Shown here: positions 27,432-29,613 of the stretch, piece by piece
Layout: each line of letters begins with the position of its first letter
Numbering within the stretch: the stretch's first letter is position 1
Source: an uncultured Candidatus Saccharibacteria bacterium
Lineage (GTDB): Bacteria > Patescibacteriota > Minisyncoccia > 2-02-FULL-40-12 > IGHO2-01-FULL-4-A
Assembly: GCA_964360715.1 (NCBI GenBank)
Contig: CAYHYQ010000001.1
Span: forward strand, 2,547 to 32,159
DNA length: 29,613 bases
Direction of reading: 5' to 3'
Translations under genes and position numbers: made by a program
Notes under the pieces: model-generated
Told to the model about the DNA's origin: nothing
The model's database searches: none
The model's input: only the letters and a program-made list of their open reading frames with translations

Positions 27432-28076
27432 TTATAGGACGTGTCCCGGGTTATAATAACTGTAAAAAATTTTGGCCAGTTCGTCGCCTTTGAGCAGGTG
27501 CACATCAATACCCATACCGCTTAAACCACTGCTAATGACGTCAACGCGCTGGTTTAACTGTATCTTATAGCTTTCAAGTTGGGTATCGGTAATGTTGGCC
27601 GGCGCGTTATGGTTACTGCCGAAGAGTCCTTTGAAGCTGTCGAGAAGGCCTTTACCGCGTTCGCCGGCATTGGCCGATTCTATCGCGGCAAACGGGATAC
27701 AGATGAAGAATTTCTTAGTCATAATGTTTGCCAAATCAGTCAGGCCCTTCACGAATTTGCCATATTCAACGATCTGTATCCGCAATAATTCACTGGCCGC
27801 GCTTTGCTGTAAATCTTCAAGGGATTTAAGATAAGGCCGAACATCAATACGCCGCGAGTTTAAAACGATTTGCAAAGGAAAATCCACGGAATTTAAGAAA
27901 CTCTGGAACGCCTGAATCAGACCGGCTTGTTCATCTGATGATTTTAACTCGAAATTTATGGAACTGACTTCGACAACCGAACGCAGAGTGCCGTTTTTTA
28001 GAATAATAACACTCTCGCGAATGTCAGCGATTTGCACGAAATCTTTTGTTGAAGCGCCTGTTTTTTTTTCAGCCAT
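27432..28076 (-). CDS. VirB4-associated protein (resembles the N-terminal portion of Gram-positive conjugative TraC/TrsE-type proteins)
   Basis: V-x-SINFELKSSDEQ..LIQAFQSFLNS.DFPLQI motif; ends 2 nt before the VirB4-like start. Confidence 0.65.
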   Translation of the reverse strand: MAEKKTGASTKDFVQIADIRESVIILKNGTLRSVVEVSSINFELKSSDEQAGLIQAFQSFLNSVDFPLQIVLNSRRIDVRPYLKSLEDLQQSAASELLRIQIVEYGKFVKGLTDLANIMTKKFFICIPFAAIESANAGERGKGLLDSFKGLFGSNHNAPANITDTQLESYKIQLNQRVDVISSGLSGMGIDVHLLKGDELAKIFYSYYNPGHVL

Positions 28077-28087
28077 GCGAATATAGA

Positions 28088-28483
28088 TTACGAACCGAAT
28101 TTTTCAAGCACTTGGCCGGCCGCCGTATCTTGTTTTTTAGGACCGCTAGCCGGTGTTTGCGCTTGATCTTCTGTCGGGATAAATTGTTGAAATTGTGATT
28201 CGGCGGTGGCATTGCTATATCTGTATTTGCGACTGTTCAGAAGATAGGATATTGAAATAGCGATGTATCTGGGCAAAGGAATGCCGTCAATTTTTACAAA
28301 TGCCAAGGCCGCAAAGAGCACGCCGATCGGCAGAGCAACAGCTATAAAATACATACCGCTTAAAGCAAAGTTTAACATAAATATAATTGAGCCGCCTGTG
28401 GCCAAGTATAAAAACTGTCGCAATGTAAACGGGCCGATGAGTTTTAACTCGGTATCAATGAATTGGGGCACTTGGTATCTCAT
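28088..28483 (-). CDS. PrgI-family protein (VirB3-like)
   Basis: YQVPQFIDTELKLIGPFTLRQFLYL, two TM segments, KIDGIPL. Confidence 0.85.
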   Translation of the reverse strand: MRYQVPQFIDTELKLIGPFTLRQFLYLATGGSIIFMLNFALSGMYFIAVALPIGVLFAALAFVKIDGIPLPRYIAISISYLLNSRKYRYSNATAESQFQQFIPTEDQAQTPASGPKKQDTAAGQVLEKFGS

Positions 28484-29055
28484 GGTTTTTGGCGTAAATC
28501 AACAATATTAGCGAACGTTTGAATTTGTTTGGGCGGTTGCGGGGCTGGCGCGAATACTGGTTGTGTCGAAGCGGATTCTTGATGAACCGGTACGGGTTTT
28601 GTTACGGAAGTTACAAGTTCTTTATCACCACGCCGGGCGGCCGTTTTTGATTGTATTTGCTTAATATCCTCAAGGGCATTTTTGAAAAGAGAATTAATTA
28701 GTGTATTACTTATATTTAGAGCAGTGCCTTCAGGGATGTGTAACTCGTTGGCGATTATTTTTGTTAAGTCGCCGATAAACAATGTACCGGTAATGATACC
28801 TCGCACTATGGCCGCCAGTGTAGTGCCCTGATTTGAATTTATAATCTTTGATTTTACAAGTTCATCAAAAAATACGATAGTTTTTTTGGAAACCAAAATA
28901 TCTTGCAATGTCAAAGGTAGGCCTTCAAAAATACTGTCAAACTCTAACCAAGCGACCGATTCCATACTGCCAGCATAAGCCGGACTATATTTAAAATATA
29001 GCTGCATACTTTGATTTGCTTGCACAGACGATGTGTTTGTAGATGTCTCAGGCAT
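28480..29055 (-). CDS. Hypothetical protein in the T4SS-like operon
   Basis: 191 aa; overlaps the PrgI start by 4 nt; helical core with a disordered C-terminus. Confidence 0.65.
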   Translation of the reverse strand: MPETSTNTSSVQANQSMQLYFKYSPAYAGSMESVAWLEFDSIFEGLPLTLQDILVSKKTIVFFDELVKSKIINSNQGTTLAAIVRGIITGTLFIGDLTKIIANELHIPEGTALNISNTLINSLFKNALEDIKQIQSKTAARRGDKELVTSVTKPVPVHQESASTQPVFAPAPQPPKQIQTFANIVDLRQKP

Positions 29056-29059
29056 AGAA

Positions 29060-29613
29060 TTATGGTGCGATTACCCCTGCGGCATTCTTAATATCACGTA
29101 ACGCCTCTCTGGCTTTGGCGCCCTTTGAAAGATCTTCCAGCTCGGTAACGGTGAATTTATCCAAAGCCGCCAACTGTACCGATGAATTTTTCCAGAATTG
29201 TTCAGATGCTTTGCGCATTGTTTCAAGATTATCGCCATTAGCCATATATTCGCGTAATTTTGTATCAAACTCCGCTTTCGCAGCGCCTGAAAGCGCGGTG
29301 CCGGCGGCGACACCGTGCTTTGTGCGCATCTCGGATTCGATATTAAGCGTCGGATCGAATTTGTCGGCAGCTTCTTCAAATTCCTTACGTTCTTGGGGAT
29401 CTGTGAATTTGGCTTTGATTTCTTGAAAATCACTGCCGTTCTTGATTTTGCGCGTATTCTCTTTAGCCAGTAGTTTCTGGGTTTCACGCATTGACGGATC
29501 GGTGCTTTTTAGGAATGTTATTAAGTCAGCATCATTTAGCCCAAACTGCTTTGTACCACCTTTTTTGGCCGCGGCGGCAAAATGACCAAATTTACGTACA
29601 CGCTGAAAATTAA
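29060..29613 (-). CDS. Hypothetical helical protein, C-terminal part (5'-partial)
   Basis: The frame of ORF 29060..29491 has no stop up to the window edge (NFQRVRKFGHFAAAAKKGGTKQFGLNDADLITFLKSTDPSM...). Confidence 0.6.
   Translation of the reverse strand, partial: NFQRVRKFGHFAAAAKKGGTKQFGLNDADLITFLKSTDPSMRETQKLLAKENTRKIKNGSDFQEIKAKFTDPQERKEFEEAADKFDPTLNIESEMRTKHGVAAGTALSGAAKAEFDTKLREYMANGDNLETMRKASEQFWKNSSVQLAALDKFTVTELEDLSKGAKAREALRDIKNAAGVIAP

Noticed and set aside
29071-29487. Alternative-frame ORFs (29071..29487, 29115..29426) and the many short ORFs nested in iscS, tig, nusA, pilB, tyrS, PBP1A, dnaA and VirB4
   Set aside because: They fully overlap well-supported genes and show no motifs; treated as shadow ORFs.
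1-29613. CRISPR array, rRNA, transposase or integrase
   Set aside because: No regularly spaced direct repeats, rRNA signature sequences, or DDE/tyrosine/serine recombinase motifs were seen by eye.

Overview
Chromosomal window around the replication origin of a small-genome bacterium. Gene content, tight packing and the scarcity of Shine-Dalgarno motifs suggest Patescibacteria/CPR (Parcubacteria-like); this is an inference, and the genes read with genetic code 11. Core content: tRNA-Lys(CTT), iscS, dsbA, doxX, tig, nusA, pilB/gspE, ruvB, yebC, ruvC, tyrS, PBP1A, dnaN, oriC (DnaA boxes plus DnaA-trios), dnaA and rpmH-rnpA-yidD-yidC-jag. These are followed by a Wzx-type flippase and a convergent, tightly packed VirB4/PrgI (T4SS-like) operon that runs off the right edge. 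Main observations: (1) an unannotated 170-nt element between pilB and ruvB, closed by a 26/27-bp inverted repeat, whose mismatches become G-U pairs on the minus strand (candidate structured ncRNA); (2) two surface-biogenesis genes each broken by a single base (pilB LED*GM nonsense; flippase 1-nt deletion); (3) two LAGLIDADG-like ORFs, one abutting the tRNA and its structured downstream element, one 5'-truncated and overlapping yebC; (4) a GC-rich orphan with its own promoter, boxA-like leader, SD and terminator; (5) a palindromic operator flanked by DnaA-box-like 9-mers between nusA and pilB; (6) apparently leaderless promoters. All coordinates and structures were read by eye; no database searches were run.
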